This document shows, one piece after another, positions 26,372 through 35,312 of a stretch of 64,000 nucleotides of DNA. Source of the DNA: a virus. Numbering within the stretch: position 1 is the first letter of the stretch; the number at the start of each line of letters is the position of its first letter. The notes below the pieces were generated by a model, which was not told where the DNA came from, made no database searches, and worked only from the letters and a program-made list of their open reading frames with translations. Location: positions 64,001-128,000 of the IMG/VR virus record IMGVR_UViG_3300036770_005084, one strand, 5' to 3'. Made by a program: the position numbers and the translations under genes.

Positions 26372-26746
26372 CCAATCACAATTGGATGGGGTTCTACTAA
26401 AGACTTTGATGGAAATTCATTTAAATTGGGAAGAACTATTTCTCAAGATTATGCAAACAGATTGTTAACGTATGACATTGAAAATAGATTTATTCCTACA
26501 CTACAAAAGATACCTTACTGGGGGGAGATGAATGACAACCAACGTGGGGCACTTTTATCCTTTGCTTACAATCTCGGTGCTGGCTTCTATGGCAACAGCA
26601 ATTTCAATACTATTACCCGCAATCTACGTGAGAAGAATTGGAAGGCAATCCCAGAAACATTAAAACTATATCGTAATCCTGGATCAAATGTTGAAGCAGG
26701 ATTGCTTAGAAGACGTGCTGCTGAAGGTAAACTTTGGAATTCTTAA
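26267..26746 (+). CDS. GH24 (T4-lysozyme-like) muramidase domain, translated via -1 frameshift
   Basis: -1 frame reads VESTSQKVPQCGVDLIKEFEGCHLNAYPDPLTGGLPITIGWG...ALLSFAYNLG...GLLRRRAAE; catalytic Glu (26324-26326) lies upstream of the first TTG (26336). Confidence 0.88.
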   Translation, partial: VESTSQKVPQCGVDLIKEFEGCHLNAYPDPLTGGLPITIGWGSTKDFDGNSFKLGRTISQDYANRLLTYDIENRFIPTLQKIPYWGEMNDNQRGALLSFAYNLGAGFYGNSNFNTITRNLREKNWKAIPETLKLYRNPGSNVEAGLLRRRAAEGKLWNS

Positions 26747-27030
26747 TCGTCTACTTTAGTTCTTAATGCAATTACTGTAGTAAGAATAGTTAGTAAAGTT
26801 TCATACCCTCTTCTTTCAGATTCTTTGCAATCTAAAGGAGGGGGGTTTTTTAATTCTCCTTTTACATTTGCTTTATTAATGGTTCCTGGAACCATGAAGT
26901 TGCAAGCAATAAAGTTAATACCAACAAATCCAACAACGGAACAGCAGACACCAAAGATTAATTTATTTAGTAGTGATCCGTATTTTTTCTCTGATGAATC
27001 TGATGATTTTTGGAAATTATCTTTTTCCAT
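26743..27030 (-). CDS. Small membrane protein
   Basis: Likely ATG at 27030 (MEKDNF...); hydrophobic segments LIFGVCCSVVGFVGINFIAC and LLTILTTVIAL. Confidence 0.6.
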   Translation of the reverse strand: MEKDNFQKSSDSSEKKYGSLLNKLIFGVCCSVVGFVGINFIACNFMVPGTINKANVKGELKNPPPLDCKESERRGYETLLTILTTVIALRTKVDD

Positions 27031-27133
27031 CAGGAACCTTCTATGTTGTCTAACAATAATATGTATATTATACAACAAAGAACAAATGTTAAAATAAGAC
27101 CTAGACCTATACTTACTCCCCAGGGAAATTCAG

Positions 27134-27340
27134 TCATTCCCAATTCTCATATAAATTTCTAAAGTATATATCATATTCTTCTAATGTGGTGTATTTTTCA
27201 ATTTTATTTTCATCGCACCAAAATAGTGCTATTTCATGAAATTTTTCTTTAGACCTTACTTTATTTACACCATAACTTCTTGAAAATGATGACATTATAA
27301 AATGCCAACATTTAATTTTAGAATCATTGTCCTTTTTCAT
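27134..27340 (-). CDS. Hypothetical protein
   Basis: 68-aa ORF in a minus-strand cluster. Confidence 0.6.
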   Translation of the reverse strand: MKKDNDSKIKCWHFIMSSFSRSYGVNKVRSKEKFHEIALFWCDENKIEKYTTLEEYDIYFRNLYENWE

Positions 27341-27518
27341 TTTTATGAATCCAGGTTTTTAGTTCTGAAATATATTCTCTAAGTATTTGTGCTTTTTTTA
27401 AATGCCACTCATCACCATCTTTTAAATATTCTTGAGTATGATTGTCTATTGCTTTTAGTATATTATGTATCGGGGAATTCCATCCTTCACGTATAGGAGT
27501 GTTCCATTCTCGGGGCAT
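27324..27518 (-). CDS. Conserved cyanophage hypothetical protein
   Basis: MPREWNTPIREGWNSPIHNILKAIDNH...; minus-strand ATAAATA at 27540-27546. Confidence 0.7.
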   Translation of the reverse strand: MPREWNTPIREGWNSPIHNILKAIDNHTQEYLKDGDEWHLKKAQILREYISELKTWIHKNEKGQ

Positions 27519-27591
27519 ATATTTTTCAGGAACTATTTTTATTTATTTCTTAGTGATAATATAAATACAAAAAATATAAAATTAATTTACA

Positions 27592-28011
27592 ATGAATCCT
27601 AAGTATAAAATACGAATAAATGAGATAACTAGATTAGAGTCATTCGATACTCTAAGTGATATTATTGTGAGAGTGGAGGTTTTTGTCCAAGCATATATAG
27701 AAGAGAATTCATCTATTTCCACTTCTCGGGTCTTTGTAATTGACTTTTCTGAAGAAGATTATAATTTTGATAATTTTGTATCATATACTAACGTAGATTC
27801 GGACTTAATTATTTCTTGGATTGTAAGTAAATATAATGTTTCTTCATTTGAAGAACTTCCAATAGTTAAGTCTATAACTGAAGAACTTTCTGAAGTTTTT
27901 TCTAGATATGAAAATAAAATTATCGAAACTGTTAACTGGAATGTTAATCTTGATAAAGTTACTATTAAAGAGGAAATTGGAATTTCAACTGGTACTCTAG
28001 GAGAGGTATGA
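27592..28011 (+). CDS. Acidic hypothetical protein (paralog of next ORF)
   Basis: FVSYTNVDSDLIISWI motif; TATAAATA at 27560-27567. Confidence 0.65.
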   Translation: MNPKYKIRINEITRLESFDTLSDIIVRVEVFVQAYIEENSSISTSRVFVIDFSEEDYNFDNFVSYTNVDSDLIISWIVSKYNVSSFEELPIVKSITEELSEVFSRYENKIIETVNWNVNLDKVTIKEEIGISTGTLGEV

Positions 28012-28012
28012 T

Positions 28013-28381
28013 ATGGAAGATATAAAATACCAAATTGAATTAAAAGAAGTTAAATATAGAAATCAATATAATAATTGTGAAAAATTTATAGAATCCATTC
28101 TTGGAAAAGTTACTGTTACTTCTATTTCTTGTCCGGAAATAGTTTATGAAAAAAAGATAAATGTTAAGTTTGATCCTGAAAATTTTAATTCAGAATCATT
28201 TATTCCATATGAAGAAGTAGATTTAGATACTTTTGTCAATTGGATGATTGCTTTAGATGGTGAAGCAGATACAATTGAGCAGGTTGAAATAGTTAGGAAT
28301 GGAATTGAATATGTTCAAAACTGTATTTCCAAAAGATTGAGTTCTGAAACTGAGACTAAGGATTGGGTTATTTCTAATTAG
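28013..28381 (+). CDS. Acidic hypothetical protein (paralog of previous ORF)
   Basis: FIPYEEVDLDTFVNWM motif. Confidence 0.65.
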   Translation: MEDIKYQIELKEVKYRNQYNNCEKFIESILGKVTVTSISCPEIVYEKKINVKFDPENFNSESFIPYEEVDLDTFVNWMIALDGEADTIEQVEIVRNGIEYVQNCISKRLSSETETKDWVISN

Positions 28382-28395
28382 ATCTTGGAGAGGGG

Positions 28396-28429
28396 TTGAC
28401 AGAAAAGTTAGGATATGCTAACATAAATA
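28396..28429 (+). promoter_or_regulatory. Overlapping sigma70 and late promoters for psbA
   Basis: TTGACA-17nt-TAACAT overlapping ATAAATA; followed by hairpin TGTTAAGGAA...TTCCTTAACA (28432-28459). Confidence 0.7.
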
Positions 28430-28495
28430 AGTGTTAAGGAATGTTTCTTTTCCTTAACAATACATATCCCTCAACTACTCGGAGTATTTAAATCT

Positions 28496-29575
28496 ATGAC
28501 TGCAACTATCGCCCAACAGCGGAGTAGCAACACTTGGGAGCAATTTTGCGAGTGGGTCACTTCAACCGATAATCGTCTGTATGTCGGTTGGTTTGGAACT
28601 CTAATGATTCCAACCCTTCTTGCTGCTACTATTTGCTTCATCGTTGCTTTTATTGCTGCACCTCCCGTCGATATTGACGGTATCCGTGAACCAGTTGCTG
28701 GTTCACTCATGTATGGAAACAACATCATTTCTGGTGCTGTTGTTCCTTCATCCAATGCTATTGGACTTCACTTCTATCCCATCTGGGAAGCTGCTTCTCT
28801 TGACGAGTGGCTATATAATGGTGGACCATTCCAACTGGTCGTCTTCCACTTTCTGATTGGTATCTATGCCTACATGGGTCGTGAATGGGAACTATCTTAC
28901 CGACTGGGTATGCGTCCTTGGATTTGTGTTGCCTACTCAGCACCCGTTGCTGCTGCTAGTGCAGTTTTCCTGGTCTATCCCTTCGGTCAAGGATCCTTCT
29001 CTGATGCGATGCCTCTGGGGATTTCGGGAACTTTCAACTACATGCTTGTTTTCCAGGCAGAACACAACATTCTTATGCATCCTTTCCACATGCTGGGAGT
29101 TGCTGGTGTCTTCGGTGGTTCTCTTTTCTCTGCTATGCATGGATCTCTTGTCACCTCTAGTCTTGTACGTGAGACTACAGAAAATGAGTCTCAGAACTAT
29201 GGATACAAGTTTGGACAAGAAGAAGAGACCTACAACATTGTAGCTGCTCACGGTTATTTTGGTCGTCTTATTTTCCAATATGCTTCCTTCAATAACTCAC
29301 GTTCACTGCACTTCTTCCTTGCTGCTTGGCCTGTAGTTGGTATCTGGTTTGCTGCTCTTGGTGTTAGCACCATGGCATTCAACCTCAACGGTTTCAACTT
29401 CAACCAGTCCCTGCTGTCTTCTGACGGTCGTGTAGTCAACACTTGGGCAGACATCCTCAATCGTGCAAATCTTGGATTTGAAGTAATGCACGAACGAAAT
29501 GCTCATAACTTCCCTCTCGATCTTGCTGCTGCTGATAGCACTCCTGTTGCTCTTACCGCACCTGCAATCGGTTGA
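28496..29575 (+). CDS. psbA: Photosystem II D1 protein
   Basis: Full D1 sequence ([38 protein letters not shown]); uninterrupted. Confidence 0.99.
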   Translation: MTATIAQQRSSNTWEQFCEWVTSTDNRLYVGWFGTLMIPTLLAATICFIVAFIAAPPVDIDGIREPVAGSLMYGNNIISGAVVPSSNAIGLHFYPIWEAASLDEWLYNGGPFQLVVFHFLIGIYAYMGREWELSYRLGMRPWICVAYSAPVAAASAVFLVYPFGQGSFSDAMPLGISGTFNYMLVFQAEHNILMHPFHMLGVAGVFGGSLFSAMHGSLVTSSLVRETTENESQNYGYKFGQEEETYNIVAAHGYFGRLIFQYASFNNSRSLHFFLAAWPVVGIWFAALGVSTMAFNLNGFNFNQSLLSSDGRVVNTWADILNRANLGFEVMHERNAHNFPLDLAAADSTPVALTAPAIG

Positions 29576-29602
29576 TATAAAATTGAATAATTGATATACG
29601 TT

Positions 29603-29627
29603 AGAGGGTGTAACAACCCTCTTTTTT
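29603..29627 (+). terminator. psbA terminator
   Basis: AGAGGGT-gtaaca-ACCCTCT-TTTTT. Confidence 0.8.
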
Positions 29628-29659
29628 ATTTTTATACATAATGAGGTTGCTTTTTATCC

Positions 29660-29821
29660 ATGAAAACATTAACATTTACAGAAGATCAGATTAAACTTCT
29701 TGCTGATGCGGTTTGGATGCGTCAGAGATGTTTTATTGCCGGAGATAAAAGATTCAAAGAATATGGAGTAATGCTGGAAGATATTCTTTTAGATCTTGAG
29801 TATACTCCATCCCGGTATTGA
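29660..29821 (+). CDS. Small hypothetical protein (53 aa, MKTLTFTEDQIKLLADAVWMRQRCFIAGD...)
   Basis: Translated by hand. Confidence 0.6.
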   Translation: MKTLTFTEDQIKLLADAVWMRQRCFIAGDKRFKEYGVMLEDILLDLEYTPSRY

Positions 29822-29822
29822 A

Positions 29823-29960
29823 ATGATTACATCTGAAACATCTTATAAACTTGCAGAGATTATTAGAGATACTTTTCCAAATCTTTACAGAAAACCTCAA
29901 GTGACCTATAATAATCAAAAGTCTTTAAATAATGAACGAATATTGGATTGTAACAGATAA
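29823..29960 (+). CDS. Small hypothetical protein (45 aa, MITSETSYKLAEIIRDTFPNLYR...)
   Basis: Translated by hand; ATG 1 nt after previous stop. Confidence 0.55.
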   Translation: MITSETSYKLAEIIRDTFPNLYRKPQVTYNNQKSLNNERILDCNR

Positions 29961-30204
29961 TAGAACCGGAAGAGTTATCTCACATTGTGGAGATATTACC
30001 GATGCAATTATGATGGTGGGATTTGATCCCAATCATAGAACCTATAGTCGGCATCGTTATATTATGGACCAAGTAATTGACATTACTTCCACAACCGATA
30101 AACAACTTCCCGGTCAAATTGGGTTGCCATTAGGGAAAATAGATTCTCTTAATTCATATAAAGAAAAACTTCCTGATAGGATGGAAGAACCTTTTATTCC
30201 ATAA
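29932..30204 (+). CDS. Hypothetical protein
   Basis: 90-aa ORF. Confidence 0.6.
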   Translation: MNEYWIVTDNRTGRVISHCGDITDAIMMVGFDPNHRTYSRHRYIMDQVIDITSTTDKQLPGQIGLPLGKIDSLNSYKEKLPDRMEEPFIP

Positions 30205-30223
30205 TATTAATATTATATTCACT

Positions 30224-31201
30224 ATGCATTTAGCAAAATTAGCATTGGATAATGGTGGAGTACTTAAACCACTAATTATTCCTTCATCATTAACTTCTGG
30301 GACAGGATTGATGAATCCATCAATTTTGATTGATGATGGAAAAATTTTAGTAAATATTCGTCACGTAAATTATACCTTTTATCATTCTGAAGAGAAATTA
30401 TATCAACATCAGTGGGGTCCATTGACGTATATACATCCTGAGCATGATATGCATCTTAGGACCTGGAATTGGTATTGTGAGTTAGATTCTGAATTCAATA
30501 TCACTAGATATCATAAAGTTGATACTTCAAAGTTTGATACTTATGAACCACTTTGGGATTTTGTTGGTCTTGAAGATGCTAGAATTTTTAAATGGGAAGG
30601 AAAACTATATCTTTCTGGAGTAAGAAGAGACACTACAACTAATGGTCAGGGAAGAATGGAACTTTCTGAAATTGTAGTTGGTGATGGTGTCAAGGAAGTT
30701 TCTAGGGTTAGAATTCAACCTCCAAATGATCCAAATTCATACTGTGAGAAAAATTGGATGCCCATTATGGATAAACCATATCATTATGTTAAGTGGACAA
30801 GTCCAACTGAAGTTGTAAAAGTAAATCCAGAAACTGGTGAGTCTGAGACAGTAGTTAAATCTAATTATATTCAGTTTTCAAGAGACTTACGAGGAGGTTC
30901 TCAGGTAGTAAAGTATGGAGATTATTATATTGCGGTTACTCACGAAGTAGAATTTCTTGAAAGTGAAGTTGGGAGAAAAGATGCAAAATATTTACATAGG
31001 TTCATAGTTTGGGATAGAGATTTTAATATCTTTGCTTATTCTAGAGATTTTTCTTTCATGAATGCTCACGTTGAATTTTGTGTAGGACTTCAAATTTTAA
31101 ATGATGATTTTATCTTTACTTTTGGGTATCAAGATAATGGTGCATACATACTAAAGTGTCCATCTTATGTTGTAGTTGATTTTTTAAATGGAAAATATTA
31201 A
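30224..31201 (+). CDS. Five-bladed beta-propeller glycoside hydrolase/phosphorylase-like protein
   Basis: NPSI, GLEDARIF, EKNWMP, RGGSQ, VEFCVGL, FGYQD. Confidence 0.7.
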   Translation: MHLAKLALDNGGVLKPLIIPSSLTSGTGLMNPSILIDDGKILVNIRHVNYTFYHSEEKLYQHQWGPLTYIHPEHDMHLRTWNWYCELDSEFNITRYHKVDTSKFDTYEPLWDFVGLEDARIFKWEGKLYLSGVRRDTTTNGQGRMELSEIVVGDGVKEVSRVRIQPPNDPNSYCEKNWMPIMDKPYHYVKWTSPTEVVKVNPETGESETVVKSNYIQFSRDLRGGSQVVKYGDYYIAVTHEVEFLESEVGRKDAKYLHRFIVWDRDFNIFAYSRDFSFMNAHVEFCVGLQILNDDFIFTFGYQDNGAYILKCPSYVVVDFLNGKY

Positions 31202-32687
31202 GTTGATAGATTGCTTTCCATATTTCAATGAAAAGGAAATATTGGAACTTAGAATTAAATTGCTTTATGATTACGTAGATAAGTTTGTAATTACCGAAGC
31301 AAATCAAACTCATTCTGGTCTTCCAAAGGAATATACTTGCCATGAAGTATTAAAAAGTATAGATGACCCATTAAATAAAATTGAATTAGTACAGATTGAT
31401 TTTTCCGAAAAGAATAATTTTGATCATTGGAAAAGGGAAAGAGTACAAAGGGATGCAGTTCTCCAAATCTTACATACTTTTGATGATGACTGTTTATTCT
31501 ATTTTGGTGATTGTGATGAAATTTTAAATCCAAATCATATTGCTTGGATATGTGATATTGCTAGACAAAATCCAATGAATATCCTGCGTACACCACTCGC
31601 ATTTTTAAATTGTAGAGCAGACCTTAGAGTTTTTGATGAGTATGACAATCCAATTATTTGGAGGTGTCCATACATAGCATCAAAAATGCACTTGGGCAAA
31701 TACACACCATCACAAATTAGAGAATCTTCAGCACTATCTGGGAGCATAGAAACTTCTGACTTGGGAAGATATGTTAGTTTTCCGGATATTACTATAACTT
31801 GTAATGATATTGAAGTTATTCTTGGTTGGCATTTTGCTTGGATGGGTGATAATGAAAGGAGAAAAATAAAGTGTAAATCATATCTTCATTATCATGATGA
31901 AGTTTCTAATTCTGTGGCACCACTTAATAGTGCTGAGATGATGAATTTTATGGAAATATACCGTGCAGAAAATGGTGCAACAGATCCTTTAGGTAGAAAT
32001 AATCATATCCTAAAGAAGTATGATGTTAGTTTACTTCCAGATTTAATTTTATCTGAGAAAAAATTTAGAGATTTCTTTATTCCAGAAAATCAGTATGAAA
32101 CTATACTTGAATTGCTTCAGAATAATCCAGAAATAAGCACAGATAAAAATTCAATAAAGTATTATGATAAATCTTTAGAATGGGATTTTATGCAATATCA
32201 TAGTTATATTGATAATTTTTATAATGAAGAATTTAAAAAATATAAAAATAAAAATATAAGTCTATGCGAAATTGGAATTGATACTGGAGGTTCTATTGCG
32301 ATTTGGAGTAAGTATTTCCCAGATTCAAATATAATTGGTATAGATAACAATACTTCTAGACTAAAAGATGAGTATAAATCTTACAACTTTGATAATGTTA
32401 GATATATCATTGATAATGCTTATGATTCGGATTTAGTCAAATCTCTTCCCAACTTTGATATTATTATTGATGATGGACCACATACTTTTGAATCCCAAAA
32501 AGAATTTATTCAATTATATTCTTCAAAATTAAATCCTGGAGGAGTAATGATTATTGAAGATGTTAAATCTATTGACTATATTGAAGAATTTAATAAGATC
32601 CTTATGCCTGGATATACTTCTGAATTTATCGACCTTACAGTAACTGATAATTTATATGATAGTATTCTTTACATTATTCGAAAATGA
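31188..32687 (+). CDS. GT17-like glycosyltransferase fused to a SAM methyltransferase
   Basis: N-part DCFPYFNEKEILELRI, TEANQTHSG, GDCDEI, GWHF; C-part CEIGIDTGGS, DIIIDDGPH, GGVMIIEDV. Confidence 0.8.
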   Translation: MENIKLIDCFPYFNEKEILELRIKLLYDYVDKFVITEANQTHSGLPKEYTCHEVLKSIDDPLNKIELVQIDFSEKNNFDHWKRERVQRDAVLQILHTFDDDCLFYFGDCDEILNPNHIAWICDIARQNPMNILRTPLAFLNCRADLRVFDEYDNPIIWRCPYIASKMHLGKYTPSQIRESSALSGSIETSDLGRYVSFPDITITCNDIEVILGWHFAWMGDNERRKIKCKSYLHYHDEVSNSVAPLNSAEMMNFMEIYRAENGATDPLGRNNHILKKYDVSLLPDLILSEKKFRDFFIPENQYETILELLQNNPEISTDKNSIKYYDKSLEWDFMQYHSYIDNFYNEEFKKYKNKNISLCEIGIDTGGSIAIWSKYFPDSNIIGIDNNTSRLKDEYKSYNFDNVRYIIDNAYDSDLVKSLPNFDIIIDDGPHTFESQKEFIQLYSSKLNPGGVMIIEDVKSIDYIEEFNKILMPGYTSEFIDLTVTDNLYDSILYIIRK

Positions 32688-33415
32688 GTATTGTATTATA
32701 TTGTAATTGCTACAAACAAAAGACTCCATATAGAATTCAGCAAAATCAAAAAAATTTAATGTTGGGATCATCTCAATATACATCTAAATTGAAGGATGAA
32801 TTAATTTCTGAAGGATATATTTTAGATGATATTGGAGATAATATTTCTCATTTAAATAAATGGTTTGGGCAAAGTTGTGGATTGTATTGGGTATATAAAA
32901 ATTCTAATGAAGATTTTGTTGGAATGAATACTTATAGAATTTTTTGGAATGATTCTGCGATTTCTAATCTTGATGTTAGTGAAAATAAGTTATATGTTCC
33001 ATCTAAATTTGATGTTAGTGATGATGGAATAAATTATGAAAATTTGGAAAATCATTTTCGTGTTAGTCATGGCAATGGATCTTACAAAATGCTTATGAAC
33101 TGTATAAAAAATAATAATATTTTATATACAGATTTTAATAATTGGATGAGTCAAAAATTTCTTTATCCATTTTCTATCTTTATTGCTAACAAAAAAATAT
33201 TTGATAAAATATGTAGTATTTTATTTGAACTTGCCTTTGACTTTTTTGATACGAATAGGTATACTATATACAACTTTTCAGATCATTATGGACAAATTCG
33301 ACAAATGGATTTTATTTGTGAAAGAATATTACATCTAATATTTAATAATATAGATTATTTTATTCCAAACATAGACATAACAGAAATACCAATCTATCAA
33401 TATAAACATATTTAA
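32684..33415 (+). CDS. DUF4422-like glycosyltransferase
   Basis: DDIGDNISHLNKWF, LYWVYKN, VGMNTYR, FICERIL. Confidence 0.7.
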   Translation: MSIVLYCNCYKQKTPYRIQQNQKNLMLGSSQYTSKLKDELISEGYILDDIGDNISHLNKWFGQSCGLYWVYKNSNEDFVGMNTYRIFWNDSAISNLDVSENKLYVPSKFDVSDDGINYENLENHFRVSHGNGSYKMLMNCIKNNNILYTDFNNWMSQKFLYPFSIFIANKKIFDKICSILFELAFDFFDTNRYTIYNFSDHYGQIRQMDFICERILHLIFNNIDYFIPNIDITEIPIYQYKHI

Positions 33416-33426
33416 GATCAATAATT

Positions 33427-34677
33427 ATGAATCTACTAGATCAATACTTGGTTAATTATATAAATGAACCAGAACTTCCAGACAATAATTTTCATATTGC
33501 AAGATACTATGATCTCATCGGACAAACTGCAACAGCAGTTTCTTATTATTTGAGAACGGCAGAAAGAACTAAAGAACCAGAATACCAATATGTATGTTTA
33601 ATCCTTGCTGCAAAATGTTTTGAACGTCAGGGTTCTAGAAATTTTACTGTTAAGGGATTATATCAAAATGCTATCACTACTTGCCCCGATCGACCAGAAG
33701 CATATTATTTCTTATCTAAGTTTTATGATAATGAGAATAAAGATGGTTCTTGGACTGATGCTTATGTAATGGCAAGTATTGGGGTTAATAACTCTAAAGA
33801 TAAGGTATTTTCACAATTAAAGTGTGAGGTTGATTACCCTGGTATGCAGGGATTATTATTTCAAAAGGCACATAATGGATGGGTGTGTGGTGTATGCGAT
33901 GATGCAAGGAATATCTTAAAATATATTCTTAGGGAATATATTTCAGATAAAAAAATTTGCAGGGATACTTTTAATGAACTAATATCCATAGATAAAAATA
34001 ATTCATTTGAAGTGTACACAAATGAAAATCATTCTAATTTAAAGTATAAATTCACTAACTCTAATATAATTGATAAAAACTTTTCCGAAGCATTTCAAGA
34101 TATGTTTATTTTGAGTATGCTGGATGGAAAGATGAATGGATCATATCTTGAAATTGGTGCTGGTAGTTCCTATTATGGAAGTAATACTGCTTTACTTGAG
34201 ACTAAATTTAATTGGACTGGAATTGGGTTGGATTTATCAGAAGAATTTGTAGAACAACATCGTAACGAAAGGAAAAATCTCTGTTTATTAAAAAATGCTT
34301 TAGATATTGATTATGAAGAATTTATTTTGAAAAATTATAATTCAACAGACATTGATTATCTACAATTAGATTGTGATCCACCAGCAGTTACATATGAAAT
34401 ATTATTAAAAATTCCTTTTGAAAAATTTAGATTTTCTGTAATTACATATGAGCATGATTACTATATTGATGAGACTGAATCCTTTAAAGATAAGTCTAGA
34501 GAATATTTGAGATCAAAGGGTTATGAATTAGTTTTGGCAAATGTTGCTCCCAATGAATGGAAGGATTATGAAGATTGGTGGGTGCATCCTGATCTTGTAA
34601 ATGCGAAGGTATTGACTCAACTAAAAGATACTTCAAATAAAATTAAAAAAGCAAAAAACATTTTTGTAGAATTATGA
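33427..34677 (+). CDS. TPR-like domain plus FkbM-like methyltransferase
   Basis: PDRPEAYYFLS (TPR); QDMFIL, YLEIGAG, IDYLQLD, ITYEH, EDWWVHP. Confidence 0.75.
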   Translation: MNLLDQYLVNYINEPELPDNNFHIARYYDLIGQTATAVSYYLRTAERTKEPEYQYVCLILAAKCFERQGSRNFTVKGLYQNAITTCPDRPEAYYFLSKFYDNENKDGSWTDAYVMASIGVNNSKDKVFSQLKCEVDYPGMQGLLFQKAHNGWVCGVCDDARNILKYILREYISDKKICRDTFNELISIDKNNSFEVYTNENHSNLKYKFTNSNIIDKNFSEAFQDMFILSMLDGKMNGSYLEIGAGSSYYGSNTALLETKFNWTGIGLDLSEEFVEQHRNERKNLCLLKNALDIDYEEFILKNYNSTDIDYLQLDCDPPAVTYEILLKIPFEKFRFSVITYEHDYYIDETESFKDKSREYLRSKGYELVLANVAPNEWKDYEDWWVHPDLVNAKVLTQLKDTSNKIKKAKNIFVEL

Positions 34678-35312
34678 AAATTACACAAGTACCAGATCCA
34701 GAACAAATTTACTTTAGAGTAAATCATAAACCAAAACGAAGACCTGCAATGTGGATTGTAGATGATTTTTATGCTGATCCATATGCTGTTAGAGAATATG
34801 CATTAAAACAAGAATTTTTTGATGATGAGGGGTATATTGGTAGAAGAACTAGAAGGCAATTTTTCTTTCCTGGTCTCAAAGAATCTTTTGAAGATATTAT
34901 GGGAATGACTATAACTGAATGGGAATCTCATGGAATGAATGGAAGATTCCAACACAATTGGGCAGGAGAAAAATTGGTATATCATTGCGATGCTCAAAAA
35001 TGGGCAGGGATGATATACTTGACTCCAGATGCCCCATTTGAATGCGGAACATCTTTATATGCACATAGAAAAACTAGAGTTCGACATAATTCAGAACCAC
35101 TAGATGAAGTTTTTCCAGGAAATACCTTTCTCGATAAAACTCCATATCAAGTCGTAGATGTTGCTGGGAATGTATTTAATAGATTAGTTATTTTCAATGG
35201 TGGATGTATTCATGCAGCATCTGAATATTTTGGGCACTCTTTAGAGAACTGTAGGTTATGGCACATGTTTTTCTTTGATACTTTAGAAGATAATCATAAT
35301 AGAGATAAATGA
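34674..35312 (+). CDS. 2OG-Fe(II) oxygenase-like protein
   Basis: IVDDFYADP, HCD (HxD), IYLTP...GT, NRLVIF...H, R..HMFF. Confidence 0.8.
   Translation: MKITQVPDPEQIYFRVNHKPKRRPAMWIVDDFYADPYAVREYALKQEFFDDEGYIGRRTRRQFFFPGLKESFEDIMGMTITEWESHGMNGRFQHNWAGEKLVYHCDAQKWAGMIYLTPDAPFECGTSLYAHRKTRVRHNSEPLDEVFPGNTFLDKTPYQVVDVAGNVFNRLVIFNGGCIHAASEYFGHSLENCRLWHMFFFDTLEDNHNRDK

Noticed and set aside
26336-26746. Stand-alone lysozyme starting at TTG 26336 (as in the ORF track)
   Set aside because: It would omit the conserved LIKEFEG helix with the catalytic Glu, which lies in-frame upstream; a frameshift fusion explains the sequence better.
28471-29506. Several antisense and alternate-frame ORFs over psbA
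   Set aside because: Shadow ORFs from strong codon bias in a conserved gene; no independent signals.
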